Positions 9,743 to 19,306 of a stretch of 52,776 nucleotides of DNA are shown piece by piece. The DNA lies in NCBI GenBank assembly GCA_943357015.1, contig CALRFZ010000001.1, positions 1-52,776 on the forward strand. Direction: 5' to 3'. The notes below the pieces were generated by a model that was given only the letters and a program-made list of their open reading frames with translations, made no database searches and was not told the DNA's origin. This DNA is from Candidatus Staskawiczbacteria bacterium (GTDB lineage: Bacteria > Patescibacteriota > Minisyncoccia > Minisyncoccales > Staskawiczbacteraceae). Position numbers and translations under genes: made by a program. Each line of letters opens with the position of its first letter. Position 1 is the first letter of the stretch.

Positions 9743-11260
9743 ATGTTAAAATATTTTTTTACAATCGCGCAACAAGAAATAAAAAAGCCGACATGGTATT
9801 CGGTTTTATTTTTGGCTTACATATTTTGCGTGATTAGTTTTTTCGATAAAGCTTTGGCAGTCGGGCTTTTACTGCTTTTGTTTTTATCTATGACAACAGT
9901 TTTTTTTATGCAAAAATCTGGCATAGCCGATAAGGAAATATATGTAATTTTTGTGTTGGCAATTACAGTTCACCTTCTTGCTGTTTTATTTATTTATTAT
10001 TTTAATTTTCGGCCATTTGGTGGCGGGTCAGATGCTGATGGTTACAATCAAATTGCTATTGAGCTTGCTAAGAGATTTAGTCGCGGTAGTTTTTATTTGA
10101 CGGGGCTATATACTGACCATTTTTGGCCGATTTTAGTTGGTATTTTATATATGTTTACCCTTCCCAGCGCAATTGTTGGCCTGCTTTTTACGGTGTGGCT
10201 AGCTGGATTGTCGGTGATATATATCTACTTGTTGATTTTAGAAATTGGGGGAACCAAAAAAACCGCTTTTTTAACCAACCTTATCGTAATATTGTACCCA
10301 AGTTATTTATATTTTGGCAGTACATTGTTAAAAGATACAGTAGTTACTCCATTAGTGATTTTGGGATTACTGCTTGTCGTAAAAATGTTAAAGCATTTTT
10401 CTTGGTTTAACTTTTTTTTGTTTTTTGCTATTTTAACTGGCTTAATTAATTTGCGTTTTTATGTTGGGTACGCCCTAATGTTTAGCTTTATTTTGTGTTG
10501 GCCTTTACTTTCTGCGCTTGATTTAAAGAAAAAAATGATTTATTGGTTGATGATTATATTTTTGCTGGGATTTTCGTCCTTGATTGTGGGTAACGGTTAT
10601 TATGGTTTTAATAGTTTTGCAAAAATGTTAAATTTTAAAACCATTACTTATTACAGGGAAGTTGTATACAGTGCTAATTCGCCCTTAATGCAACCCCAGC
10701 CGAGTGTCGCTCAAACAATTGTCGTTAATTCAAACACACCTAAGTCAAACGCATCTAAGTCAAATATATCTAAGCCTAATACTTCCTTGCCACAACCCCA
10801 AAGCCCAGCAGTTGTTGATACGGGTTCAACCTTTATCCTTGAAACTGGATTTAGTAAGGGGCCTGTAGTATTTTTAATAAACTCCGCCAAATCCTTTATT
10901 TATAGTTTATTGGGGCCATTACCTTGGCAATTTACTTATAAAAGGCAGATTGTTGCTTTGATTGAAACTATTCCTTGGTATGTATGGATAATCGCCTTTC
11001 TATATAATAGCGCTATATTTGTTAAAAAAAGTGGCATAAAGAAATTTTTACAATACTTTAAATTTAGTCTTCCCTTGTTGTGTTTTAGTGTTTTGGCATT
11101 AGGTGCCCTTGCTTTATTTATTAATAATTATGGAATTATTGCTAGAATTAGAATTCCGATGTTTATTTGTTTTGTATCGGTAATGTCGATTATGTTTAAT
11201 AATCAAGCAGAAGTTTATAGTTATAAATTAAAGGCGTTGATTAATAAGTTTATTTTATGA
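9743..11260 (+). CDS. Polytopic membrane protein, GT-C/Wzy-like
   Basis: About 11-12 hydrophobic segments; GSDADGY loop, LLKD motif and C-terminal NYGIIARIR; located in a glycan cluster. Confidence 0.55.
   Translation: MLKYFFTIAQQEIKKPTWYSVLFLAYIFCVISFFDKALAVGLLLLLFLSMTTVFFMQKSGIADKEIYVIFVLAITVHLLAVLFIYYFNFRPFGGGSDADGYNQIAIELAKRFSRGSFYLTGLYTDHFWPILVGILYMFTLPSAIVGLLFTVWLAGLSVIYIYLLILEIGGTKKTAFLTNLIVILYPSYLYFGSTLLKDTVVTPLVILGLLLVVKMLKHFSWFNFFLFFAILTGLINLRFYVGYALMFSFILCWPLLSALDLKKKMIYWLMIIFLLGFSSLIVGNGYYGFNSFAKMLNFKTITYYREVVYSANSPLMQPQPSVAQTIVVNSNTPKSNASKSNISKPNTSLPQPQSPAVVDTGSTFILETGFSKGPVVFLINSAKSFIYSLLGPLPWQFTYKRQIVALIETIPWYVWIIAFLYNSAIFVKKSGIKKFLQYFKFSLPLLCFSVLALGALALFINNYGIIARIRIPMFICFVSVMSIMFNNQAEVYSYKLKALINKFIL
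10740..10784 (+). repeat. Degenerate 15-bp tandem repeat x3 within the CDS
   Basis: ctaagtcaaacgcat / ctaagtcaaatatat / ctaagcctaatactt (PKSNA SKSNI SKPNT). Confidence 0.7.
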
Positions 11261-12168
11261 AAAAATATTTAATAATTGGTGGAGCAGGTTTTATTGGGTC
11301 TTGCTTATCAAAGACACTTTTAGATTTGGGTAATAATGTGATAGTTATTGATGGTTTGCCACCCAAAGAGCCTGATTTAAAAATTAAATACTATCAAGTA
11401 AATATTAAAGATTCAGAAAAGGTACAGGAAGTTTTTGAAAAAGAAAAACCAAATATGGTTTATTATTTAGCTGGACCAATTAATTTAAGAAAACCAATTG
11501 ATGATCCACTTTTTTTAAAAGAAATGGATTTTTTAACAGGTATTAAAATTACTTTAGATACTTGTAAAAACTTTAATGTTGAAAAATTAATTTTTGTTTC
11601 CAGTGGTGGAGCAATTTATCAAGATGCAAAGTTGGTACCAACCAAAGAAGAGTATTTGGCACATCCAACAACTTTGTATGGCTTGGCAAATTTAGCGATA
11701 GAAAAATATATTTTGTCATACGCAAAAATCAATAGAATTAATGCTGTGATAGCTCGCTTGGCTAATGTTTATGGGCCGGCTCAGTGGAAGAGTGGGTTTA
11801 TTCCAGCGATGATTTTAAAAATGTTAAACAGGGAAAGTCCAATAATTAATGATACTGGTCGTCAAACCAGAGATTTTATTTATATTAATGATGCGGTTTT
11901 GGCGCTGGTTGCCTTAGAGAAAAAAAATAAAAGTGAAGTGTATAATATTGGTGGTGGAAAGGAAATAAGTTTAAATAAAGTTTTTAGTCTAATAAATAAA
12001 CTGCTTGGCGTCAAAATTAAGCCTACTTATCAAAAGTTAAGTAATTTAGAAACTAAGCGTAGTTTTCTGGATATAAAAAAAATTAAAAAAGAATTTGGCT
12101 GGACGCCAAAAACAGATATAGAATCTGGACTTTTAAAAACCATTGCTTTTATGAAACATAAAACATGA
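11257..12168 (+). CDS. NAD-dependent epimerase (GalE-like)
   Basis: IIGGAGFIG, SSGGAIY, RDFIYIND; catalytic YxxxK reads YGLAN. Confidence 0.8.
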   Translation: MKKYLIIGGAGFIGSCLSKTLLDLGNNVIVIDGLPPKEPDLKIKYYQVNIKDSEKVQEVFEKEKPNMVYYLAGPINLRKPIDDPLFLKEMDFLTGIKITLDTCKNFNVEKLIFVSSGGAIYQDAKLVPTKEEYLAHPTTLYGLANLAIEKYILSYAKINRINAVIARLANVYGPAQWKSGFIPAMILKMLNRESPIINDTGRQTRDFIYINDAVLALVALEKKNKSEVYNIGGGKEISLNKVFSLINKLLGVKIKPTYQKLSNLETKRSFLDIKKIKKEFGWTPKTDIESGLLKTIAFMKHKT

Positions 12169-12178
12169 AACTTGAAAC
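12151..12178 (+). repeat. Heptamer tandem repeat, left arm
   Basis: atgaaac ataaaac atgaaac ttgaaac. Confidence 0.8.
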
Positions 12179-12514
12179 ATACCACGAAAAATTAAAAAAC
12201 AAGATGGATGAATTTGTGCATTCGGTATATAGGATTAGTAGAAATTTTCCAAGGGAAGAAATGTTTGGGGTTACATCGCAATTAAGAGAGCTACTTTATC
12301 AGTAATTTTAAATTATATAGAAGGCTATGCAAGATTAAGAAGCAAAGTCCATAAAAACTTTCTGGAAATATCATATGGTTCTCTAAAAGAAGCAAGATAT
12401 CTGTTAGATTTTTCTTTAACAGAAAAATATTTAGTGCAAAAGGAATATGATCAAATAATTAAAGTGGCTGATTAAATTGGGGCAATGTTATGGGGCACCA
12501 TGAAAAATGTGTAA
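12165..12514 (+). pseudogene. Four-helix-bundle protein (23S rRNA IVP/bAvd-like family) pseudogene
   Basis: Manual translation MKLETYHEKL...FPREEMFGVTSQLR [1-nt deletion near 12288] ATLSVILNYIEGYAR...FLEISYGSLKE...VAD*IGAMLWGTMKNV; frameshift plus in-frame TAA at 12473-12475. Confidence 0.85.
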
Positions 12515-12518
12515 CATT

Positions 12519-12546
12519 GCTTCATGTTTTATGCTTCATGTTTTAT
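12519..12546 (-). repeat. Heptamer tandem repeat, right arm (inverse of 12151-12178)
   Basis: gcttcat gttttat gcttcat gttttat; reverse complement is ataaaac atgaagc ataaaac atgaagc. Confidence 0.8.
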
Positions 12547-13675
12547 GAAAAAAATTTGTTTTGTGGTGGCGGTTGATATTACTTTAAAATTTTTATTAAT
12601 TTCTGAATTGAAATTTTTTAAAAACCAAGGGTACGATGTTTTTGTAGTTTGTTCGCCGGGAAAATGGCTACAAGATATTAAAAAAGAGGGGGTGGTGGTT
12701 AAAGAAATTATTATTAACAGAAAAATTTTTACCCCCATTTCAGATTTGATTTCGCTAATTAGATTATTTTTTTATTTTAAAAAAGAAAAATTTGACCTAG
12801 TTTTGACTTTTACTCCAAAGCCCGGTTTTTTAGGTCAGTTAGCGGCTAAAATGGCTAATGTGCCAATTATTATCAATACAATTTTTGGTTATTACTTTCA
12901 CGAAAATACACCGTTTTTAAAAAGAAAGTTTTTTATTTGGATTGAAAAACTATCGGCGAAATGTTCCAGTTTTATTTTCTTTAGAAACCAAGAAGATTTT
13001 AAAACTGCTCAAAAAGAAAATATTGTAAATCCAAATTTTGCCGAATATATAGGCGATGGAATTGGTCTTGAAAAATTTAATCCAACAAGATTTTCCCCTG
13101 ATTCCATTTTACAATTAAAAAAAAGTTTAGGAATTAATACTGACTATTTTGTAATTGGCATTGTTGCGCGACTTGTAAAAGAAAAGGGTTATATGGAATT
13201 ATTTGAAGCGTTTAAAAATGTTTTGACGCAATTTCCCAATACCTTGCTTTTGGTAGTAGGGCCGGCAGATCTGCAAAAAAAAGATAACATTAATCCCGCT
13301 AATATAAAACAAAAAAATATAATATTTTTGGGCGAAAGAACCAATGTAGACCAGTTATATTCTGTAATGGATATGTTTGTACTGCCGTCTTACCGTGAAG
13401 GTTTTCCACATAGTGTAATGGAGTCCTCAGCAATGGCTTTGCCGGTAGTTACCACTAATGTGCGTGGTTGTCGTGACGCGGTAGAAAATAATATAACTGG
13501 CATTATTGTTCCGCCAAAAAATTCTCAAGCCCTGCAAGAAGCCATAATTTATTTTTTAAAGCATCCTGATATTGCCAAATTAATGGGTCAGACCGGACGA
13601 AAAAAAGCCGAAAAGCAATTTGATAGAAATATCCTTTTACAAAAAATGGCAGAAAAAGTTAAAGAATTAATATGA
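12545..13675 (+). CDS. Glycosyltransferase family 4 (CapM-like)
   Basis: MKKICFVV start preferred over 12524, which lies in the repeat; VARLVKEKG, PSYREGFP. Confidence 0.88.
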   Translation: MKKICFVVAVDITLKFLLISELKFFKNQGYDVFVVCSPGKWLQDIKKEGVVVKEIIINRKIFTPISDLISLIRLFFYFKKEKFDLVLTFTPKPGFLGQLAAKMANVPIIINTIFGYYFHENTPFLKRKFFIWIEKLSAKCSSFIFFRNQEDFKTAQKENIVNPNFAEYIGDGIGLEKFNPTRFSPDSILQLKKSLGINTDYFVIGIVARLVKEKGYMELFEAFKNVLTQFPNTLLLVVGPADLQKKDNINPANIKQKNIIFLGERTNVDQLYSVMDMFVLPSYREGFPHSVMESSAMALPVVTTNVRGCRDAVENNITGIIVPPKNSQALQEAIIYFLKHPDIAKLMGQTGRKKAEKQFDRNILLQKMAEKVKELI

Positions 13676-14253
13676 TTATTGAATTGGCAAAAAAAGAAGA
13701 TGCGCTAGCTATGGCTCAAATCCATAAGGTGGAAATTGCTCAGGGCTTTTTAAGTTCTTTAAGTTCGTCTTTTTTGCAAAGATTTTATTTGGCGTTAATA
13801 GAATCTGGTTATAGTTTTTGTATTGTTGCTAAAGAAAATAACGAAGTGGTTGGCTTTGCATCTGGAGCTATTGATATGAATAAATTTTATTTTTATTTTC
13901 TTTCGCATTATTTTTTTCAGTCTTTTTTTATTCTTTTACCCAAAATTTTTTCCTCTTTTAAAAAAATATTGGAGTCCTTGTTTTATCCGGTCAAACAAGA
14001 ATCTTTGCCCAGATCTGAGCTTTTGGTTATTGCTATTAAAAAAGAATTTCAAGGTCAGGGCGTTGGGGGATTAATACTAAAATCTTTTATTTTAGAGATG
14101 AAAAGTAAAAATATCACTGTTTTTAAGGTTGTCGTGGGCGAAGAATTAAAGTCTGCTATAAAATTTTACGAAAAAAACAATTTTGTTTTTGTAAAAAATA
14201 TTAATATTCATGGCAAGGCTCAATCACGAGTATATTGCTATAAAGCTATATGA
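13672..14253 (+). CDS. GNAT family N-acetyltransferase
   Basis: IAIKKEFQGQGVG acetyl-CoA motif A; AIKFYEKNNF. Confidence 0.85.
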   Translation: MIIELAKKEDALAMAQIHKVEIAQGFLSSLSSSFLQRFYLALIESGYSFCIVAKENNEVVGFASGAIDMNKFYFYFLSHYFFQSFFILLPKIFSSFKKILESLFYPVKQESLPRSELLVIAIKKEFQGQGVGGLILKSFILEMKSKNITVFKVVVGEELKSAIKFYEKNNFVFVKNINIHGKAQSRVYCYKAI

Positions 14254-15179
14254 ACATAATATCTATTTTTTTAACATCGTTTTTATTAGGACTAGCTTTA
14301 ATTCCTATTTTGATTGTAATTTCTGAAAAAACTAATTTTTTGGTTGACGTGTCAGAAGGTGATGTCTTAAAGATTCATAAAAAAAATATTCCCCTATTGG
14401 GTGGATTGGCAATGATAGTGTCAATTATTTTTTGTGCAGTAATTTTCTTTCAGAAAAGTTTTGCATCAGAAATTATTGGAATTTTTACGGCACTATTGCC
14501 AATATTTTTTTTAGGGTTTTACGATGATTTAAAATGGAAGCACATTTCTGATACAAAGCCATTTCTGAAATTTGCCCTGCTTTTGATTTGCACTTTAGTT
14601 CCAGCAGTTATTTTGTCATACATCGGAATTAGTTTTAAATTTCTACCAATTTTTATTATTTCTACAATATTAAGTTTTGTTTATATTTTTGTTTGTATTA
14701 ATGCAGTAAATTACCAAGATGGTATGGATGGATTGGCAGGGGGATTGGCAGTAATTTCTTTAATGGGTTTTATTATTTTAAGTATTATTTTTAGCAATGT
14801 CCTTGCTCTATATATCGCGGTCTTGTTTTTAGGCGCCGTACTGGGATTTTTAGTTTTTAACTTTCCACCCGCTAAAATTTTTATGGGGGACTCTGGCGCT
14901 TATTCTTTGGGATTTGTTTTAGCGTTACTGGCGATGATTTTTTCTCTGCCTTTTAATTTATACAGCGTTTTGGCGCCAATATTTATTATTGGACTGCCGG
15001 TTTTTGATGGAGTCTATACTAATATTAGACGGTTAACTAAAGGTAAATCCATTTTTTTAGGCGATCGTAGTCATTTTTACGACAAGCTACTACAAAAGGG
15101 TTACTCTACCAAAAAAACCTTGGCAATTTGCTATGGGTTGCAGATTGTGCTAGTTTTGGTTGGATTGGCATTATATTAA
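14250..15179 (+). CDS. MraY/WecA-family polyprenyl-phosphate sugar-1-phosphate transferase
   Basis: GFYDD, NAVNYQDGMDGL, FNFPPAKIFMGDSG. Confidence 0.9.
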   Translation: MNIISIFLTSFLLGLALIPILIVISEKTNFLVDVSEGDVLKIHKKNIPLLGGLAMIVSIIFCAVIFFQKSFASEIIGIFTALLPIFFLGFYDDLKWKHISDTKPFLKFALLLICTLVPAVILSYIGISFKFLPIFIISTILSFVYIFVCINAVNYQDGMDGLAGGLAVISLMGFIILSIIFSNVLALYIAVLFLGAVLGFLVFNFPPAKIFMGDSGAYSLGFVLALLAMIFSLPFNLYSVLAPIFIIGLPVFDGVYTNIRRLTKGKSIFLGDRSHFYDKLLQKGYSTKKTLAICYGLQIVLVLVGLALY

Positions 15180-15266
15180 TAATTACATTGACTATTTATT
15201 GTTTTATGATAATGTATTGATAGTGTTTAAGTTGTTTCTTTGACAAATTTTTTTGGAGATTTGTAT

Positions 15267-16169
15267 ATGAGCAATATTACTGCAAACCCATTTTATCGTC
15301 CCGCTTTTGCGCAGGTCCCAATGGAAGATGGTCTTGCCATCAATGATCCAGCCAAAATGTATGTGGTATCAGACGGGGTATCTGGACCGTACTGCCCCGC
15401 AATGCCAGGGATTCAGTACCCCAAAAAGGCTGAGAAAATCACTGGTGGCCAGATGGTGACCGAATGCATTTGTGATGCGGTGTCTCGCGCGATGCCATCA
15501 AGTTTAAGGGTAAGGTCTAGTATTATTGAGGTGTTGATTGGTGCCAATACTACTGTCTTGGCCAATCATATGGCAATGGGTCAGGATCCCGCCCTCAAGG
15601 CTGTCGCCGGTGCTTCGGTGTCAGGTTGCCAAATTCTTGAGGATGGGCGGGTGATGTTGGTTGAGATTGGGGACTGTTTTACCTTTTACAAAGACAGGAT
15701 AGGCTTTCACTTCCGGACCAATTTTGATCAAGCGGCGTTTGATTTTGAGCAACGTGGCAATGAAGCTTTTGATCAGTGTCTGAAAGAGGCTTGTGGTAAT
15801 AAGGGGGTGGCGTGGAATTTTTACTACCCTTATTTTGCTCAAAAGCAATTTGATCGCGCCAATCGTAATATGGGCAAACTTGGTCATGCGGTACTAAACG
15901 GTAATCCGCACTTTCTGCAGTGTATGTCAACTAAAATCATCGAACCTATGGATTTGGAATGGATTTTATTAGGAACCGATGGACTGTTGACTGCGGACTG
16001 CACCAATCCTAAAAACCGTGTTCAATTTGAACAAGATCTTGGTCAAATGTATTTGAAAGGAGGTCTACCGGCAATTATTGAGTGGCGAGATAAGGCAGAT
16101 TATCTCCCTCATATTTCTGGTTATCCAGAAGCCTCTGCCATTGAGATATTTTTTGACAAAACTTTTTAA
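15267..16169 (+). CDS. Divergent PP2C/PPM-fold phosphatase-like protein
   Basis: MEDG, VVSDGVSG, IGDC and LLGTDGL motifs; ATG at 15267 has GGAG upstream (ORF track uses TTG at 15240). Confidence 0.65.
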   Translation: MSNITANPFYRPAFAQVPMEDGLAINDPAKMYVVSDGVSGPYCPAMPGIQYPKKAEKITGGQMVTECICDAVSRAMPSSLRVRSSIIEVLIGANTTVLANHMAMGQDPALKAVAGASVSGCQILEDGRVMLVEIGDCFTFYKDRIGFHFRTNFDQAAFDFEQRGNEAFDQCLKEACGNKGVAWNFYYPYFAQKQFDRANRNMGKLGHAVLNGNPHFLQCMSTKIIEPMDLEWILLGTDGLLTADCTNPKNRVQFEQDLGQMYLKGGLPAIIEWRDKADYLPHISGYPEASAIEIFFDKTF

Positions 16170-16177
16170 CAATCAAT

Positions 16178-16210
16178 GCTCGCAACCTTTTAAGGAAGCG
16201 AGCTTTTTTT
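16178..16210 (+). terminator. Intrinsic terminator
   Basis: GCTCGC...GCGAGC followed by T7. Confidence 0.7.
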
Positions 16211-16252
16211 ATTGATTAAACCTAAAAATCTGATAGTATTTAGTTAATAACT

Positions 16253-17386
16253 ATGCATAAAATTCCTCTATTTAAAATCCATACTGACCAGGCTGATATT
16301 GATGCGGTAACTTTGGTTATTAAAAGTGGGCGTAATTGGGCAATTGGGCCTGAAATTGAAGAGTTTGAAAAAGCTTTGGCTGATTATGTTGGTGCAAAAT
16401 ATTCCATGGTTTTTAACTCGGGAACCTCGGCTTTGCATGCATTGATGTTGGCATATGGTTTTGGGCCGGGTGATGAAATTATTGTCCCCTCATTTACTTT
16501 TATTGCTACTTCCAATGCTCCGTTGTTTGTGGGGGCCAAACCTGTGTTTGCTGAAATAGAAGAAAGTACTTTTGGCCTAGACCCTGCCGACATTGAAAGA
16601 AAGATTACTAAAAACACCAAAGCTATTATCGTTATTCATTATGCTGGCAATCCCTGCTTAATTGAACAGATAAAAATCATCGCCGACAAACATAAATTGA
16701 TATTAATAGAAGATGCTGCGGGGTCATTGGGATCTTCGGTCGGAAATAAAAAAATTGGTATGTTTGGTGATTCGGCTATGTTTAGTTTTTGTGGCCCTAA
16801 GGTTATTGCCACTGGAGAGGGCGGGGCAGTGGTAACCAATAATAAAGATATCTATGAAAAAATGAAATTAGTCAGGTCGCATGGCCGTCTAGAAACTGAA
16901 AACTATTTTTCTGCAACGGGTTATATGGACTATATTTGTTTGGGATACAATTTGCGAATGTCGAGTATGACAGCTGCGCTCGGTTTATCCCAGCTAAAAA
17001 AAATTAATACATTAATTGCTCTGCGCCAAAAAAATGCAGAGTATTTAAATAAAGAATTGTCGACCATTAAACAAATTAGTCTGCCGATGGCTAGGGAAAA
17101 TAATGTTAATATTTACCAGCTTTATACTATTTATGTAAAAGGCGGGCAAGCGCAACGAGACAATTTAAAAAAATATTTAAACGACAAAGGGGTTGCAGCA
17201 AAAATATATTTTGAGCCAATTCATATTACCAGTTTTTATCAAACCTTGGGACATAAAAAAGGGGATTTACCGCGCACTGAAAAAATATCTTCAGAAGTTT
17301 TAACTTTACCAATGTACCCTGATTTAACCAAAGAAGAAATGGATTATATAGTACAAGAAATTAATACTTTTTTTAAAAAATTATAA
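16253..17386 (+). CDS. DegT/DnrJ/EryC1/StrS sugar aminotransferase
   Basis: NSGTSALH, IEDAA, FSF..PKVIATGEGG, GYNLRM. Confidence 0.92.
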   Translation: MHKIPLFKIHTDQADIDAVTLVIKSGRNWAIGPEIEEFEKALADYVGAKYSMVFNSGTSALHALMLAYGFGPGDEIIVPSFTFIATSNAPLFVGAKPVFAEIEESTFGLDPADIERKITKNTKAIIVIHYAGNPCLIEQIKIIADKHKLILIEDAAGSLGSSVGNKKIGMFGDSAMFSFCGPKVIATGEGGAVVTNNKDIYEKMKLVRSHGRLETENYFSATGYMDYICLGYNLRMSSMTAALGLSQLKKINTLIALRQKNAEYLNKELSTIKQISLPMARENNVNIYQLYTIYVKGGQAQRDNLKKYLNDKGVAAKIYFEPIHITSFYQTLGHKKGDLPRTEKISSEVLTLPMYPDLTKEEMDYIVQEINTFFKKL

Positions 17387-19236
17387 TGTCGGATATATTT
17401 AAAAGAACCGCCAATAAAAGAATTATTTTTTTTGTCTTTGCGGATATATTTTTTATTGCTATTTCAATTTGGCTGGCTTTTTTGTTAAGGTTTGACGGTC
17501 AAATTCCGCCTCAATATAATCAATTTATTATTAAAACTATTGCATTGGCAGTTATTTTTGTGGTGCCGGTTTTTTATTTCCAAAAACTATACTCTTTTTC
17601 TTGGTCGTATGTAAGCGCGGGGGAATTGGTATCTTTGTTTAAAGCCACAACAATATCATTTATTTTTTTAAGTATTGCTATTTTTATTTCAAATGATTTT
17701 TTTCATTTTTTAAATTTTCCAAGATCCACAATTATTATAAGTTACGTGCTAGTATTTATTTTGACTAGCGCTTTGCGATTTTCAAAAAGAGTTTATTTTC
17801 ATGCCTCTGAATTTAAAAAAATATCTGGCAAAGAAAGAACATTAATTGTTGGGGCGGGGGATGCTGGTGAGCAAATTTTAAGAAATATTTTATCGTCTAA
17901 ATCTCATAATTATTTTCCAGTTGGATTTGTTGATGATAATCCAATTAAAAAAGGAGTTAAAATTCATGGCTTGCATGTGTTAGGAAAAATTTTGGATATT
18001 CCCAGTATCGTGAAAAACGAACAGATAAAACAATTAATTATCGCCCTGCCATCCGCTAATTCCGCTACTATTAGACATGCCATTGAGCTTGGTAAGAGTT
18101 CGGGTGTGAGAAAAATTAAAATTGCTCCGCCATTAAATGAAATTATGCGTGGCGAAGTTTCTTTAAAAAACTTAAAAGACGTAGAAGTAGAGGATCTATT
18201 GGGGCGTGATGCCGTGGCATTGGATAGAAGGCAAATTGAAAGTTTTATAAAAAATAATGTAGTTTTAATTACAGGATCTGCCGGATCAATTGGGTCGGAA
18301 CTTTCAAGGCAGGTGGCGGGCTTTAAGCCTTCATTATTAATCTTGCTGGATCAGGATGAAACAGGTATTTTTTATATTTCCAATGAATTAAAGAATAAAT
18401 TTTCAAATTTAAATATTAAATCTCTGGTGGTTGATATACGCGATCAGGAAAAAATTAATGATATCTTTAAAAACTTTACTCCAAAAATTGTTTTGCACGC
18501 AGCTGCTTATAAACATGTGCCATTAATGGAAGACCAGCCAGACGAAGCAATAAAAAATAATATTTTTGGCACAGAGGTGTTGGTTAAGGCTTGCGTTGAT
18601 AATCAAGTAGAAAAATTTATTTTTATCTCCACTGATAAGGCGGTAAATCCAACTTCGGTTATGGGGAGCACTAAAAGATTTAGTGAGATGATTTGCCAAG
18701 CTTATAATCAAAAAAATATTACTAAATTTATTTCTGTTAGATTTGGTAATGTGCTTAATAGTCGCGGGAGTGTCATTCCAATTTTTAAAGAACAAATCAG
18801 AAAGGGTGGTCCAGTCGAGGTTACACACCCAGATATGAAGCGATATTTTATGTTAACTTCAGAAGCTTGTCTTTTAGTTTTGCAGTCAGGGTCTATGGGT
18901 CAAGGCGGAGAGGTGTTTGTTTTGGATATGGGTCAGCCCATTAAAATTTTGGATTTGGCTAAGGAAATGATACGATTATCTGGATTTGAACCAAATAAAG
19001 ATATTGCCATTATTTTTACTGGTGCAAGACCAGGTGAAAAATTATTTGAGGAAATTCTGACTGCTCAAGAGGGTATATTGAGTACTAAAAATAAAAAAAT
19101 TTTTATTGCTAAAATGGTAAGTGTTAACCCTGTAGAAATAGAACAAAAATTGGACGTTTTAAAGAATATGACTTATAACAAAGATAAAAGTAAATTAGTA
19201 GAAATTTTAAAAAGTATTATTAGTCCCATTGAGTAA
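17386..19236 (+). CDS. CapD/PglF-like membrane UDP-GlcNAc 4,6-dehydratase
   Basis: Four TM helices, GAGDAG, GSAGSIGSE, HAAAYKHVP, ISTDKAVNP, VRFGNVL. Confidence 0.92.
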   Translation: MSDIFKRTANKRIIFFVFADIFFIAISIWLAFLLRFDGQIPPQYNQFIIKTIALAVIFVVPVFYFQKLYSFSWSYVSAGELVSLFKATTISFIFLSIAIFISNDFFHFLNFPRSTIIISYVLVFILTSALRFSKRVYFHASEFKKISGKERTLIVGAGDAGEQILRNILSSKSHNYFPVGFVDDNPIKKGVKIHGLHVLGKILDIPSIVKNEQIKQLIIALPSANSATIRHAIELGKSSGVRKIKIAPPLNEIMRGEVSLKNLKDVEVEDLLGRDAVALDRRQIESFIKNNVVLITGSAGSIGSELSRQVAGFKPSLLILLDQDETGIFYISNELKNKFSNLNIKSLVVDIRDQEKINDIFKNFTPKIVLHAAAYKHVPLMEDQPDEAIKNNIFGTEVLVKACVDNQVEKFIFISTDKAVNPTSVMGSTKRFSEMICQAYNQKNITKFISVRFGNVLNSRGSVIPIFKEQIRKGGPVEVTHPDMKRYFMLTSEACLLVLQSGSMGQGGEVFVLDMGQPIKILDLAKEMIRLSGFEPNKDIAIIFTGARPGEKLFEEILTAQEGILSTKNKKIFIAKMVSVNPVEIEQKLDVLKNMTYNKDKSKLVEILKSIISPIE

Positions 19237-19306
19237 TAGAATTTATGTTACAATTTGTAATTTTGATTTTAAAATACCCAGATGGTCTATTGTTTAAATT
19301 TTAGAT

